Shown here one piece after another: positions 1 through 13,465 of a DNA stretch of 64,000 bases (the first letter of the stretch is position 1; each line of letters begins with the position of its first letter). The position numbers and the translations under genes were made by a program. Source of the DNA: Eledone cirrhosa (Eukaryota); contig OZ024743.1 of NCBI GenBank assembly GCA_964016885.1, positions 126,790,001 to 126,854,000 of the forward strand, given 5' to 3'. The notes under the pieces were generated by a model. It did no database searches. It was not told the origin of the DNA and worked only from the letters and a program-made list of their open reading frames with translations.

Positions 1-41
<41 letters not shown>

Positions 42-45
<4 letters not shown>

Positions 46-553
46 GAGAAAATTGAGGTTGGTAATGGCACATGGAATATATAAGAGACAGAATACTTTT
101 TTGTGAAAAAACATAATTTTATAAGGTAAGGAAATAATAAAGGGTATAAAAAATGACCGGTTTCGATGGGTCTGCAAAAGCCATCTTTTCAAATGTTGAT
201 TAATATTAAGAAAAATTAATAATACGAAGAGTCAAAATTTGAGACTTGAAAATTCAAGTATAAAATTCATTGTGGGATTTCATAGCAGTTTTCATCTAGG
301 TAGCAACAACAGGTTGACTGCTGTGTCCCTTTCTGGTAGTGAATGAGAAGTTATTTGGGGTGTGGGTTATTTTATAAAGGTCAGATTTAGCAATCACCAA
401 CTGGCCAGCTGCTGGTCAGTGAGGGGGTGGAAGCAATATACATACACATATCTTCCTGTGATGGGTAGGAGAGTGGGGCGTGATAGAAAGGGATTTAGTG
501 CACTTACACCTATATATACACACATACCTTCATCCACACATACATACATATAC

Positions 554-594
<41 letters not shown>

Positions 595-1234
595 CACACA
601 TACATACACACACACATACATACACATACACACATACATAAAATATAAACACACATACGCACGGAATCACTACTATTAAAGACCAGAGACCAATTCTGTA
701 GAATCAGGTTTATTCATTGACAGACCATGCCTTTGTGTGACCAACACATCCATGTTAAACCCTGCACGTGCACACACATATATCTATATATATATGCGCA
801 CACAGAATTCACCACTGTCGGTTGCGGGGCCCAATCTACATGAAGAACTCAATGTGATCAGAATGACTTGTATTTTAATTTCACTGCCCCAACTTCTTAT
901 ATTATGGAAAAAATATATGTGTCTGTATGTATATATATATATTTGAAGGCCATTTCTCTGTGTGTGGGTGTATGTATGTGTATATGTGTGTGTGTGTGTG
1001 TATGTGTGTGCATGTGGATGTATGTATTGTGTGTGCGTGTGTGTGTGTGTGTGTGTATGTATGTGGGTATCTGGATGTATGCGTATGTGTATATATATAT
1101 ATATGTGCGTGTGTGTGTGTGTGTGTGTATATATATGTGTGTGTATGTGTGTATATATATGTGTGTGTGTGTGTATGTTTGTATGTGTGTATGTATATAT
1201 ATATATGTGTGTGTGTGTGTATGTATGTGTGGGG

Positions 1235-1270
<36 letters not shown>

Positions 1271-1273
1271 GTG

Positions 1274-1304
<31 letters not shown>

Positions 1305-1343
1305 ATGTATGTGTGTATCTGGATGTATGTGTATGTATATATA

Positions 1344-1389
<46 letters not shown>

Positions 1390-1531
1390 TATATATACAT
1401 ACACATACATCCAGATACACACATACATACACACACACACATACATATATATATATGTGTGTGTGTATGTGTATATATGTGTGTGTGTGTATGTGTGTAT
1501 GTATATGTATGTGTGTGTGTATGTATGTGTG

Positions 1532-1578
<47 letters not shown>

Positions 1579-2118
1579 GTATATGTATGTATGTGTGGAT
1601 GAAGGTATGTGTGTATATATAGGTGTAAGTGCACTAAATCCCTTTCTATCACGCTCCACTCTCCTACCCATCACAGGAAGATATGTGTATGTATATTGCT
1701 TCCACCCCCTCACTGACCAGCAGCTGGCCAGTTGGTGATTGCTAAATCTGACCTTTATAAAATAACCCACACCCCAAATAACTTCTCATTCACTACCAGA
1801 AAGGGACACAGCAGTCAACCTGTTGTTGCTACCTAGATGAAAACTGCTATGAAATCCCACAATGAATTTTATACTTGAATTTTCAAGTTTCAAATTTTAA
1901 CTCTTCGTATTATTAATTTTTCTTAATATTAATCAACATTTGAAAAGATGGCTTTTGCAGACCCATCGAAACCGGTCATTTTTTATACCCTTTATTATTT
2001 CCTTACCTTATAAAATTATGTTTTTTCACAAAAAAGTATTCTGTCTCTTATATATTCCATGTGCCATTACCAACCTCAATTTTCTCTATAACCTTCGTTT
2101 TGTGTAGAAAATGACACT

Positions 2119-2122
<4 letters not shown>
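42..2122. mobile_element. Head-to-head inverted dimer of a hammerhead-bearing non-coding element (Penelope pLTR/retrozyme-like) in a (TA)n tract
   Basis: Arm 42-~638 is the near-perfect reverse complement of ~1488-2090. The right arm runs 32 nt further, to 2122. (TA)n on both flanks; hammerhead motif in both arms. Confidence 0.8.
1935..1982 (+). ncRNA. Minimal type I hammerhead ribozyme, U3-A8 core variant (mirror copy ~150-197, minus strand)
   Basis: aacat-TTGAAAA-gatgg..ccatc-GAAA-ccgg-TC-atttt: 5 bp stem II, palindromic minimal stem III, GUC triplet, 4/5 stem I. Confidence 0.6.
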
Positions 2123-2186
<64 letters not shown>

Positions 2187-2188
<2 letters not shown>

Positions 2189-2380
2189 CGAAGTAAATGT
2201 GGTAAGGAACCAGGTGGACCATAACGCACCAAAGTACTCAATACTTAGGGTAGTAGAGTGGGTAATAGGAACGAGTAGGACCCCGACGGCTGAGCTCAAG
2301 CCGTTTCGACGGCTAATTCTGGACTGAATTAGCCGTCGAAACGGCTTGAGCTCAGCCGTCGGGGTCCTACTCGTTCCTAT
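2187..2380. mobile_element. Fold-back insertion of family A (hammerhead 3' half) in (TA)n
   Basis: Perfect ~55 bp hairpin at 2265-2380 containing GAAA-CGGC-TTGAGCTCA-GCCG-TC. Same family at 26272, 29390 and 42598. Confidence 0.8.
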
Positions 2381-2427
<47 letters not shown>

Positions 2428-2533
2428 GCACTTTCATTAGAATGCTGTTGAAGTATACATTTTGGGGGGGACACCCTATATATATATATATTGTTGACTC
2501 CTTTGCGTCAAACGTCTCACATCCTCTACCTCT

Positions 2534-2608
<75 letters not shown>

Positions 2609-2767
2609 TGACACACTGAAACAGGCACATACACGCACGCGCTCACCTCTTCTACTAACCCCATTTGATATAAATAGATTCATGAAGATGTAAACATCTC
2701 CTCCCTTCTTCCCCCCCCCTTTATATTTATGTTAGTCTATCACACTCTCACTCTCTATCCGTGTAAG

Positions 2768-2823
2768 TATGTATGTATGTATGTATGTATGTATGTATGT
2801 ATGTATGTATGTATGTATGTATG

Positions 2824-2857
<34 letters not shown>

Positions 2858-2879
2858 TGCATGTATGTATGTATGTATT

Positions 2880-2913
<34 letters not shown>

Positions 2914-3039
2914 TGTATGTATGTATGTATGTATGTATTTATATATGTATGTATGTATGTATTTATGTATGTATTTATGTATGGATGTATTTATATATGT
3001 ATGTATTTATATATGTATGTATTTATGTATGTATGTATT

Positions 3040-3073
<34 letters not shown>

Positions 3074-3175
3074 TGTATGTATTTATGTATGTATGTATGT
3101 ATGTATGTATGTATGTATGTATGTATTAATATATGTATGTATTTATGTATGGATGTATTTATATATGTATGTATT

Positions 3176-3209
<34 letters not shown>

Positions 3210-3259
3210 TGTATGGATGTATTTATATATGTATGTATTTATATATGTATGTATTTATG

Positions 3260-3291
<32 letters not shown>

Positions 3292-3327
3292 CATGTATGT
3301 ATGTATGTATTTATATATGTATGTATT

Positions 3328-3361
<34 letters not shown>

Positions 3362-3586
3362 TGTATGTATGTATGTATGTATGTATGTATTTATGTATGT
3401 ATGTATGTATTTATGTATGTATGTATGTATTAATATATGTATGTATGTATGTATGTATTTATGTGTGTATGTATGTATGTATGTATTTATGTATGTATTT
3501 ATGTATGTATGTATGTATGTATGTATGTATGTATGTATGTATGTATGTATGTATGTATTAATATATGTATGTATTTATGTATGTAT
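2768..3586. repeat. (ATGT)n microsatellite array
   Basis: Tetranucleotide tandem repeat with variants, seen directly. Confidence 0.95.
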
Positions 3587-3760
3587 GTCACACTCGTTCA
3601 GCGCATCGGTAGGGGTTCTCCTACATGGATATAAAGTAGTGGCCGTACTCGAAAACGAGTTGGCAGCCACCATGTATGTATGTATGCATGTGTGTATGAT
3701 GTATGTATGTATGTATGTATGTACGTATTATGTATGTATGTATGTATGTATGTATATGCA
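3587..3760 (+). mobile_element. 3' fragment of the ~610 bp RTE-type non-autonomous element with (ATGT)n tail
   Basis: Matches 49094-49180 and 62143-62230 (ggttctcctacatggatataaagtagtggccgtactcgaaaacgagttggcagccaccatgtat). Confidence 0.85.
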
Positions 3761-3766
3761 CATGTA

Positions 3767-3813
<47 letters not shown>

Positions 3814-4065
3814 TTCTCCCCTCTCTCTATTCCCCCTCTCTACCTTCCTCACTCTTTCTATCTCTTCCTCCATCATTAATGGAAGGGTTTAGGTAATGAC
3901 GTTAATAATCGATAATTGATTTATCGATCTCTTCACTAAACTGCATATTCTGATTGATAAATATTGATGGCAGAGAAATACAGTGTGGAGGGTGGGGGGC
4001 GATAATAAAATTATTGTTGTGAGGGTGTGTGTGTGCGCGTGCATGTGAATATGTGTGATTTCGAG

Positions 4066-4320
4066 TGTGATGATGATAATGATGATGATGATGATGATGG
4101 CAATAGTGATGATGATAATGATGATGATGACGGTGGTGATGATGATGATGATGATGATAAGGATGGCGGCGATGATGATAATGATGATGAAGTCAATAGA
4201 GATAATGATGATGATGATGATGATGACGATGGTAATAGTGATAGTGCTGATGATAACGATAGTGATGATGATGATATAGATGGTGGTGATGATAATGGTA
4301 ATGATGATGATGATAATAAA
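4066..4320. repeat. (GAT)n degenerate trinucleotide tract
   Basis: Seen directly. Confidence 0.9.
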
Positions 4321-4369
4321 ACAACCTTTGTGCCATGCACCGATAGTATCAGTGTGGTATGAAAGATGA

Positions 4370-6706
4370 AACCATACCACACCACACCACATCATACCAC
4401 ACAACACCATACCATACCACACCATACCATAGCATACCATACCACACCATACCACAGCATACGATACCATAACACACAACACCATACCATACTACACCAC
4501 ACCATACCATAGCATACCACACGATACGATACCATACCACACAACACCATACCACACAACACCATACGATACCATACCACACAACACCATACCACACAAC
4601 ACCATACGATACCATACCACACAACACCATACCACACAACACCATACCATACTACACCACACCATACCATAGCATACCACACGATACGATACCATACCAC
4701 ACAACACCATACCACACAACACCATACGATACCATACCACACAACACCATACCACACAACACCATACCATACTACACCACACCATACCATAGCATACCAC
4801 ACCATACGATACCATACCACACAACACCATACCATACAACACCATACCATACTACACCACACCATACCATAGCATACCACACCATACGATACCATACCAC
4901 ACAACACCATACCACACAACACCATACCATACTACACCACACCATACCATAGCATACCACACCATACGATACCATACCACACAACACCATACCATACTAC
5001 ACCACACCATACCATACTACGCCACACCATACCATAGCATACCACACCATACGATACCATGCCACACAACACCATACCATACTACACCACACCATAGCAT
5101 ACCACACTACGATACCATACTACACCACACCATACCACACAACACCATACCATACTACACCACACCATACCACACAACACCATACCACACCTCACCATAC
5201 CATACTACACCACACCATACCATAGCATACCACACCATACGATACCATACCACACAACACCATGCCACACAACACCATACCATACTACACCACACCATAG
5301 CATACCACACTACGATACCATACCACACCACACCATACCACACAACACCACACCATACTACACCACACCATACCATAGCATACCACACCATACGATACCA
5401 TACCACACAACACCATGCCACACAACACCATACCATACTACACCACACCATAGCATACCACACTACGATACCATACCACACCACACCATACCACACAACA
5501 CCACACCATACTACACCACACCATACCATAGCATACCACACCATACGATACCATACCACACAACACCATGCCACACAACACCATACCATACTACACCACA
5601 CCATAGCATACCACACTACGATACCATACCACACCACACCATACCACACAACACCACACCATACTACACCACACCATACCATAGCATACCACACCATACG
5701 ATACCATACCACACAACACCATACCACACCACACCATACCATACTACGCCACACCATACCATAGCATACCACACCATACGATACCATACCACACAACACT
5801 ATACCACACAACACCATACCATACTACACCATACCATAGCATACAACACCATACGATACCATACCACACCATACCACACAACACCACACCATACTACACC
5901 ACACCATACCATACTACACCACACCATACCCTAGCATACCACACCATACGATACCATACCACACAACACCATACCACACAACACCATACTACACCATACT
6001 ATACCACACCATACCACACAACACCATACCATTACTACATCACACCATACGATACCATACCATACGACACCACACCATACCATAGCATACCCGGCCATAA
6101 GATACCATACCACACAACACCATACCATACCACACCATACTATACCATACCATACCACAGTACACCACACCACACCATACCAAACCATACGATATCATAC
6201 CACAGTACACCACACCATACCAAACCATACCATATCATACCACAGTACACCACACCATACCATACCAAACCATACCCTACCATACCACAGTACACCACAC
6301 CACACCATACCGAACCATACCCTACCATACCGAACCATACCATACCATACCACAGTACACCATACCATACTATACCATATCACAGTACACCACACCACAC
6401 CATACCACAACAAACCCACCACACCAAACCATACCATACCACAGTATACCACACCATACCACAACAAACCCCACCACACCACACCATACCATACCATACC
6501 ACACCACACCATACCACACCACACCATACTATACCACAACAAACCCCACCACAACACACCATACCATGCCACACCATACCACACCACACTATACCACAAC
6601 AAACCCCACCACACTATACCATACCACACCACACCACACTATACCACAACAAACCACACCACACCATGCCACGCTATACCATACCACACCACACCACACT
6701 ATACCA
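4370..6706. repeat. Pentanucleotide satellite (TACCA/CACCA)n with higher-order units
   Basis: 2.3 kb of 5-mer repeats; ~148 bp blocks recur at ~5200-5700. Confidence 0.95.
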
Positions 6707-6767
6707 TTTAATAACTAATATATCACACCTTTCTGGTGTGTACATAATAAACATAAATGTAATGTTA

Positions 6768-7350
6768 TCAGCAACAACAGCAGCAGCAGCAACAACAACA
6801 ACAAAAACAGCAACGTCAGCTACCAAAACAACATCATCATCAACGACAGCAACAAAAACAACAAAAACAACATTATCATCAACAACAGCAACAAAAACAA
6901 CAACAAAAACAACATCATCAAAAACAGCAACAAAAACAATAACAAAAACATCATCATCAACAACAGCAACAAAAACAACATCATCAACAACAATAGTAAC
7001 ACAAACAACAACAAAAACAACATTATCATCAACAATAGCAACAAGAACAACAACAAAAACAACAACATAATCATCATCAACAACAGCAACAAAAACAACA
7101 ACAAAAACATTATCATCATCAACAGCAACAAAAACAACAACAAAAACAACATTATCATCAACAACAGCCACAAAAACAACATCATCATCAACAACAGCAA
7201 CAAAAACAACAAAACCAACATCATCATCAACAACAGCAACAAAAACAACAACGAAAGCAATAACATCATCATCAACAACAACAGCAACAAAAACAACAAG
7301 AAAAACAACATTATCAACAGTAGCAGCAGCGATAATAAGAGTAACATCAT
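6768..7350. repeat. (AAC/ATC/AGC)n low-complexity tract, continued at 11465-11740
   Basis: Seen directly; interrupted by the hAT element. Confidence 0.85.
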
Positions 7351-8183
7351 CCTCTACAGTAAAGGTTCTCAACGGGAGGGGGCGTTTCGTAGCTCCAGGG
7401 GGACGTTAGGGGGGGGGGGGGGGTTATGCAGTAAGGGGGCGTTTGAAACTTTGAGGGCGCTAGAAGGCCCTTTAGTTTGGTAAGTTTTATAAGTCATATT
7501 TGTACGTCTCTTAGACAGTCAGTGATTTGAATGAAGAAAACAAAGAAAATAAATTAAAGAAGCTTGTCAACGAATTCCCTAGGGAGATAAAAGAAAATCA
7601 AAAGAAATCAAAGAGAATGAAAGTAAGGACTACTTCAACAGAAATGATAAGAAGCAATGGTGGTGAACATACACACACATACATACATACACACACATAT
7701 ATATACACATACATACACACACACACATATATATATATATACACACACAGGCCGGCGTTAGTGTTTGAAGTTGAGAACCTGGTCAGCTTTCAACCATAAG
7801 TGTGGTATTTAATCTCCCTAGGTAATAAAATCTGGCGACAGAAATGTTCTCCTTGCCAAAAAAAGAAGACATAGATCATATCAACATCCTTACACACTTA
7901 AATATAAATGCATGTATATATATACAAATGTATAAATGCATAGCTATATACATACGTAAATGTATGTATATATCTATGTATGTAGATTTATATATATATG
8001 TAAATAAATAAATACATTATCGGAGAAAGCTTTTAGCGATACTCCGGCCAAATTCCAACTCACTCAACAAACATTAGGAAATACCTGAGTATATTCCTAA
8101 TTAAACGTTCGGGTGCTAACTAAATGTATTGTGTGGAAAATTGGCTGTATTATTTCATATGAGACATATCGAACATATCTCTT

Positions 8184-8310
8184 CCCAGACGGACGTCTCG
8201 TTTCATTATAAGATTCCTACAATTTGGGTGAAATTATACCAATTTATGTAGGAGCTTGTATAGGATCAACAGATACATATTCAAGTGGGCTCTTATAATT
8301 CTTCAGTGGG
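8184..8310 (-). ncRNA. Intact type I hammerhead ribozyme with long branched stem II
   Basis: Minus strand reads ccca-CTGAAGA-attataaga-[~77 nt incl. hairpin]-tcttataat-GAAA-cg-agacgtc-cg-TC-tggg. Stems I, II and III all pair; GUC cleavage triplet. Confidence 0.8.
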
Positions 8311-8531
8311 TGCCCAATAATACTAATATTGATAATCTAACCAATATCAGTATTTAGCGATAATCACCATCAGTGCCTGAGGTATCTGTTAGGTTGCTAC
8401 TCCAGCAGTTCTAAAGAAATACTCAAACTGATTAAAAAATGAGGAAGTATATTATCGCCAAAAAACAATACATGCGCAGGACAATGAATTCTAAAAGGAA
8501 TTCAGGCCACGTGCTAGAACTCAAAAATATA

Positions 8532-8620
<89 letters not shown>

Positions 8621-8682
8621 CTACATACATATATATATATATATATAAATCTACATATATATATATAAATTTACATACATAC

Positions 8683-8714
<32 letters not shown>

Positions 8715-8728
<14 letters not shown>

Positions 8729-9580
8729 GACCGAGAAACAAGACTGTCCTTCATCAGTAGCCTGCTGATTATCATTGGTATTTCTTCGCATTAAAGACTG
8801 CATACCTAAAATCAGTGCGGGCGATAACTAGATTAAGTTATCGGGACAGAGAAAAACAGGAAAGGAAACAAACAACATGGTAGTAATGCAACGTAAAGAG
8901 AGGAAAAGAGCGACAAGTCAATGAAACTTGCGGGCTTAAGTCCGACAAATCAAATGACGAGAAGAAACAGACGCGTCCGAGCCACAAGAAAAGTGAGAGA
9001 GGAAAGAATTTCACGCAGGTCAGACGGGAGGAAGTGAGAGAGGAGGAGTAGCAGAAAGTGAGTGAGTGAAAGTGTGAGGAAGAGGCCAGCCGAGAGTGTG
9101 TGATCAGCAGCGGGAGTGGAGGAAAGAAAGAGGTGAAGGAGAGAGAAGGGGGAGAGAGAAAGAGGATAGCATGAAGGTGACAGAAAAAATACGAACCACA
9201 GCGAAGGGAAAAAATATATGGGAATGAAAAATGGCGTGCTGCGTTGTTGCGAATATGAACAATCTACTCCCGCTGCTGGACACACACGCTCGGCTAGCCC
9301 CTTCCTCACACTTTCACTCACTCACTCTCTGTTACTCCTCCTCTCTCACTTCCTCCCGTCTGACCTGCGTGAAATTCTTTCCTCTCTCACTTTTCTTGTG
9401 GCTCGGACGCGTCTGTTTCTTCTCGTCATTTGATTTGTCGGACTTAAGCCCGCAAGTTTCATTGACTTGTCGCTCTTTTCCTCTCTTTACGTTGCATTAC
9501 TACCATGTTGTTTGTTTCCTTTCCTGTTTTCCTCTGTCCCGATAACTTAATTTAGTTATCGCTCGCACTGATTTTAGGTA

Positions 9581-9582
<2 letters not shown>
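8715..9582. mobile_element. Head-to-head inverted dimer (family B) in (TA)n
   Basis: 8802-9118 is the reverse complement of 9265-9581. CTGATGAAGGACA on the minus strand at ~8745-8757. Resembles 49300-50730. Confidence 0.8.
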
Positions 9583-9641
<59 letters not shown>

Positions 9642-9824
9642 ATCTACATACATACATATATATATAAATCTACATACATACATACATTTACGTATGTATA
9701 TAGCTATGCATTGATACATTTGTATATATATACATGCATTTATATTTAAGTATGTAACGTTATATTTATATATATATATATAATGTGTGTGCGTGTATAA
9801 TATATATATATTATACACACACAT

Positions 9825-9892
<68 letters not shown>

Positions 9893-10140
9893 GCAGTGTG
9901 ACAAGAAGCTTGTTTCTCAACCACATATTTCCGGGTTCAGTCCCAATGCCCGAACCAACCAAAGCCGTGTGAGTGGATTTGATAGATCGAAACTAAAAGA
10001 AGCCCGTCGTATATATGTATATATGTCTGTGTGTGTCTTTGCGTTTGTGTTTGCTCTCCCACCAATGCTTGTTGGTTTGTTGACATCACCATAACGTACC
10101 AAGGTGATGCTCCAGCTTGGGCGTAGTCCAGAGACAGAAA
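9893..10140 (+). mobile_element. Degenerate tRNA-derived SINE with internal microsatellite
   Basis: A/B-box-like head (agtgtgacaagaagcttg...gggttcagtccca) followed by a SINE-like body. Confidence 0.5.
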
Positions 10141-10146
10141 AAAGTA

Positions 10147-10190
<44 letters not shown>

Positions 10191-10299
10191 AGAAGAGAGG
10201 TCTCAAACTCAAGGACACAAAAGGGCTATTACGTCCTGGAGGAGAGGCACAGTGGGCCAAACGTGGTGGTGGGTGAACATTTTCACCAGTTATAATCAT

Positions 10300-10510
10300 T
10301 TCTACTATAGGAACAAGGCATGAAATTTGGGGTTTAGGGTTCAGTCAATTGCATCGATCCTAGTACACAACTGGTACTTAATTCATCGACCCCAAAAGGA
10401 TGTAAGACAAAGTTGAGATCCGTGGAATTCGAACTCAGAACGTAAAAACGGAAGAAGTACCGTTAAGCATTTCGCCAGATGTGCTAACGATTCCACCAGC
10501 TCACCGCCTT
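10300..10510 (-). mobile_element. tRNA-derived SINE (family 1)
   Basis: Reverse complement of gttctgagttcgaattc...catccttttggggtcgatgaattaagtaccag, a core shared with 19875, 30841 and 39385. Confidence 0.75.
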
Positions 10511-10612
10511 ATTTTCACCAGTTATAATGCGATATGAAATATTGGTTCTACCACGGGCCACAGATAAGTAGTTCGCGGGCCGCATGTGTGAGCCCCTGTT
10601 GGAGATAAATAT

Positions 10613-10677
<65 letters not shown>

Positions 10678-10738
10678 CGTGTACCAAACACACACACATT
10701 TCTTACTCTCTCTGTCCCTCCCTCTTTCTCTCTTCATT

Positions 10739-10811
<73 letters not shown>

Positions 10812-11954
10812 AGCGTTGTTATTTGGCATTGTTGAAAAGAGATGTGGCCTTTGACCTGGCAATAAAAAACTGTAAACAAAATTCTTTCTGTACCCAAACT
10901 AAGACACACACACACAAGTTTGTGTGTGTGTGTGGGTGTCTATGTTTATATATAAGGGATAAAAATAGTGCTTTCTCAGTCACCAAGCTTCTCAATTCAT
11001 TCCTTACTACTTATACGAGGTATATTATTTTGCAAGGTACTATTTTTCCCCTGAGTTTGTGATTTCAGAGAAAGGTAAGAAATTCTTAATATTTTGCATC
11101 TTTTGTATTTTGACTTTGCAGTTTCAATTGTCTATCCACTTAAAATATTACAACAGCTAACAGTGAAATATAGAATTTAAAAAAAAAGAAGCTTTTTCGA
11201 CTGAGATCAAATGTTTTTTTTTATTTCAAAAATATATAATTTGAAATAGCTTGCTTTTGTTTTGGACTGAAACTTTTTTTGTATTTAATTCGTACGAGTA
11301 TTTTTTAAAGAATCTAAGATAACTTGATTTCTCCCAGTAATCTACTGATATCAAAATCAGTAGTATATTGAAAAATGGAAAAATAGGGGGGGGGGGGGGG
11401 CGTTTCGTGATTTCGAGGGGCAAAAGGGGGCGTTTGGCCAAAATGGGTTGAGAACCTTTGATCTACAGTAATAGCATCACTAATAACAATGATAACTTTA
11501 TCACAAGCATCACGGCCACCACCACCACCATAAGCAACACCATCACCAGCAACACCATCACCAGCAACACCACCACCACCACCAGCAACACCACCACCAC
11601 TACAACCACCACCACCACCACCACCACGAGCGACACCATCACCAGCAACACCACCACCACCACCAGCAACACCACCACCAGCAACACCACCAGCACCACC
11701 ACCACCAGCAACCCCCCCCCACCCAACCACCACCACGAAGGAAACTAAGCAGCTTTTGGGGGGAAGATCAAGCTTCCGGAAAGAGAGAGAGAGATTTCTC
11801 TATTGAACCCTCTATACATAGTGTTAGTTATTAACAGCAAACTCTGCGTTCCGGGATCGATTCCTGAGTGCAGTTGCTTAAATTCACATACCATAAATCA
11901 GCATCAGGCCCTAATTTTGTCACCTGACAAACTGACAAGATCCCAGCTGCTCTC

Positions 11955-12725
11955 CGGTGGGTTTCTCGTCAAACCTATGATAGTGGAAACCTCTGCTGTC
12001 CTGGGTCCCTAAACCACCTATCTACATACTGCAATCAGTATGGAGATGGCTAACCTAAAAAAAATTACCCTGCGAGGTGGACTGACTTCTTGAAAAACCC
12101 ACAGCGGTAGAAATATCTGTTGTTATGGGTCCTCGAGCCACCCCCTACTTACTGTGTTTAGGACAAAGAAAGAGATAGCCATTACTAAGAACAAACCTCA
12201 CAAGGTGGACTGTCTTCTCGAACCTATAGCGGTGGAAACTTCTGTTGTTCTGGGTTCCCAAACCACACCCCTCCTTCAATCGGGATAGAGGTGGCCATCC
12301 GCAAGGACGAACCCCTATCAGTGGAAATGTATGGCACCATGGGCCTCAGAATTATCACTCTACTTATTTTGATCGGAGTGGAAATGGCTACCCAGAAGAA
12401 CGAGCCTTGCGAAGTGTGCAGGCTTTTTGGTAAACTCCAAACCACCACCTCCCTACTCACTTAGATCGGAATTGTGATGGACATGCGCTAAAACGAGCCC
12501 CATGAAGTGGACTGTCTTCTTGTCAAAACCATTACGATACGATTAGAAACATCTGTTGTTCTTGGCCCCGAACTACCTGCCTATTTACTACAATCGGGTT
12601 GGAGATAGAGAATCGCAAGAACATGCCCTGCAAAGTAGACAGGCTTTTTGTTGAATCTATAGCTGTGTGGAGACATTTGGTGTCCTACGACCCGAACAAT
12701 CATTCTAATCACTTCAATCTGGATG
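11955..12725. repeat. Degenerate ~120 bp tandem repeat, about 6-7 units
   Basis: Recurring gtggactgtcttct / gtggaaacatctgttgttctggg / gagatggcta motifs at ~120 bp spacing. Confidence 0.75.
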
Positions 12726-13180
12726 GATATCGCAATCTACTCTTTTAGCGCTTCTCCCTCGTCATCCTTTGAGATAACACATTCGCCTTTCTGTCGGTTG
12801 GGATCACGAAGCATTCATGATATTCCCCTTTAATTAAATTATGATAAGCATTATACTCCATTATAACCACTTAGAAAAAAAAAAAAAAAACAAGAAACAG
12901 GGCCTCTCAGACGTATTTTTCAACTGTCTTCTCCCACACCCCCACCCCCTATAATTGTGACACGTATTATGTAATCATTTGTGACTGATGCCGCTATTGG
13001 AAGTCACAGTGTTATCTCACATCTCTGGGAAAACATTCATTGAACATAACCTAATAGATAAAGGGATTCATATATATATATATATATATAATATTTATAT
13101 ATATGTATATATGTATATATGTATATATATATATGTATATATGTATATATATATATGTATATATATGTATATGTATATAT

Positions 13181-13212
<32 letters not shown>

Positions 13213-13215
13213 GTA

Positions 13216-13257
<42 letters not shown>

Positions 13258-13264
<7 letters not shown>

Positions 13265-13416
13265 ATAGGGAGAAAAAGACGATTATTAGGAAGAAAAATT
13301 TTTTTTTTCCTTAATATTTTTTTCTCTTTTTTCTGGGTTAGAAAATGTTTAAAACAAAATATTTTACTTTATGTGAAGTGTTTAAGTATTAGTTAATTTC
13401 TCCCTATTTTCATATA
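13258..13416. repeat. Short insertion in (TA)n with inverted ends
   Basis: tatgaaaatagggagaaa (13258) and tttctccctattttcata (13397). Confidence 0.6.
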
Positions 13417-13465
13417 TATATATATACCAACTCGTGTGCTCCTTCTCCACATTTTATTATTATTA

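Larger units (their letters stand above)
7360..11460. mobile_element. Non-autonomous hAT element expanded to 4.1 kb by nested insertions
   Basis: TIRs tAAAGGTTCTCAAC (7360) and GTTGAGAACCTTTG (ends 11460). 8 bp TSD ctctacag/atctacag (7/8). Subterminal GGGGGCGTTT motifs at both ends. Confidence 0.7.

Noticed and set aside
362-7372. Many long overlapping ORFs (YI, HT, MYVC, VWYG, poly-T/D)
   Set aside because: All derive from di-, tri-, tetra- and pentanucleotide repeats.
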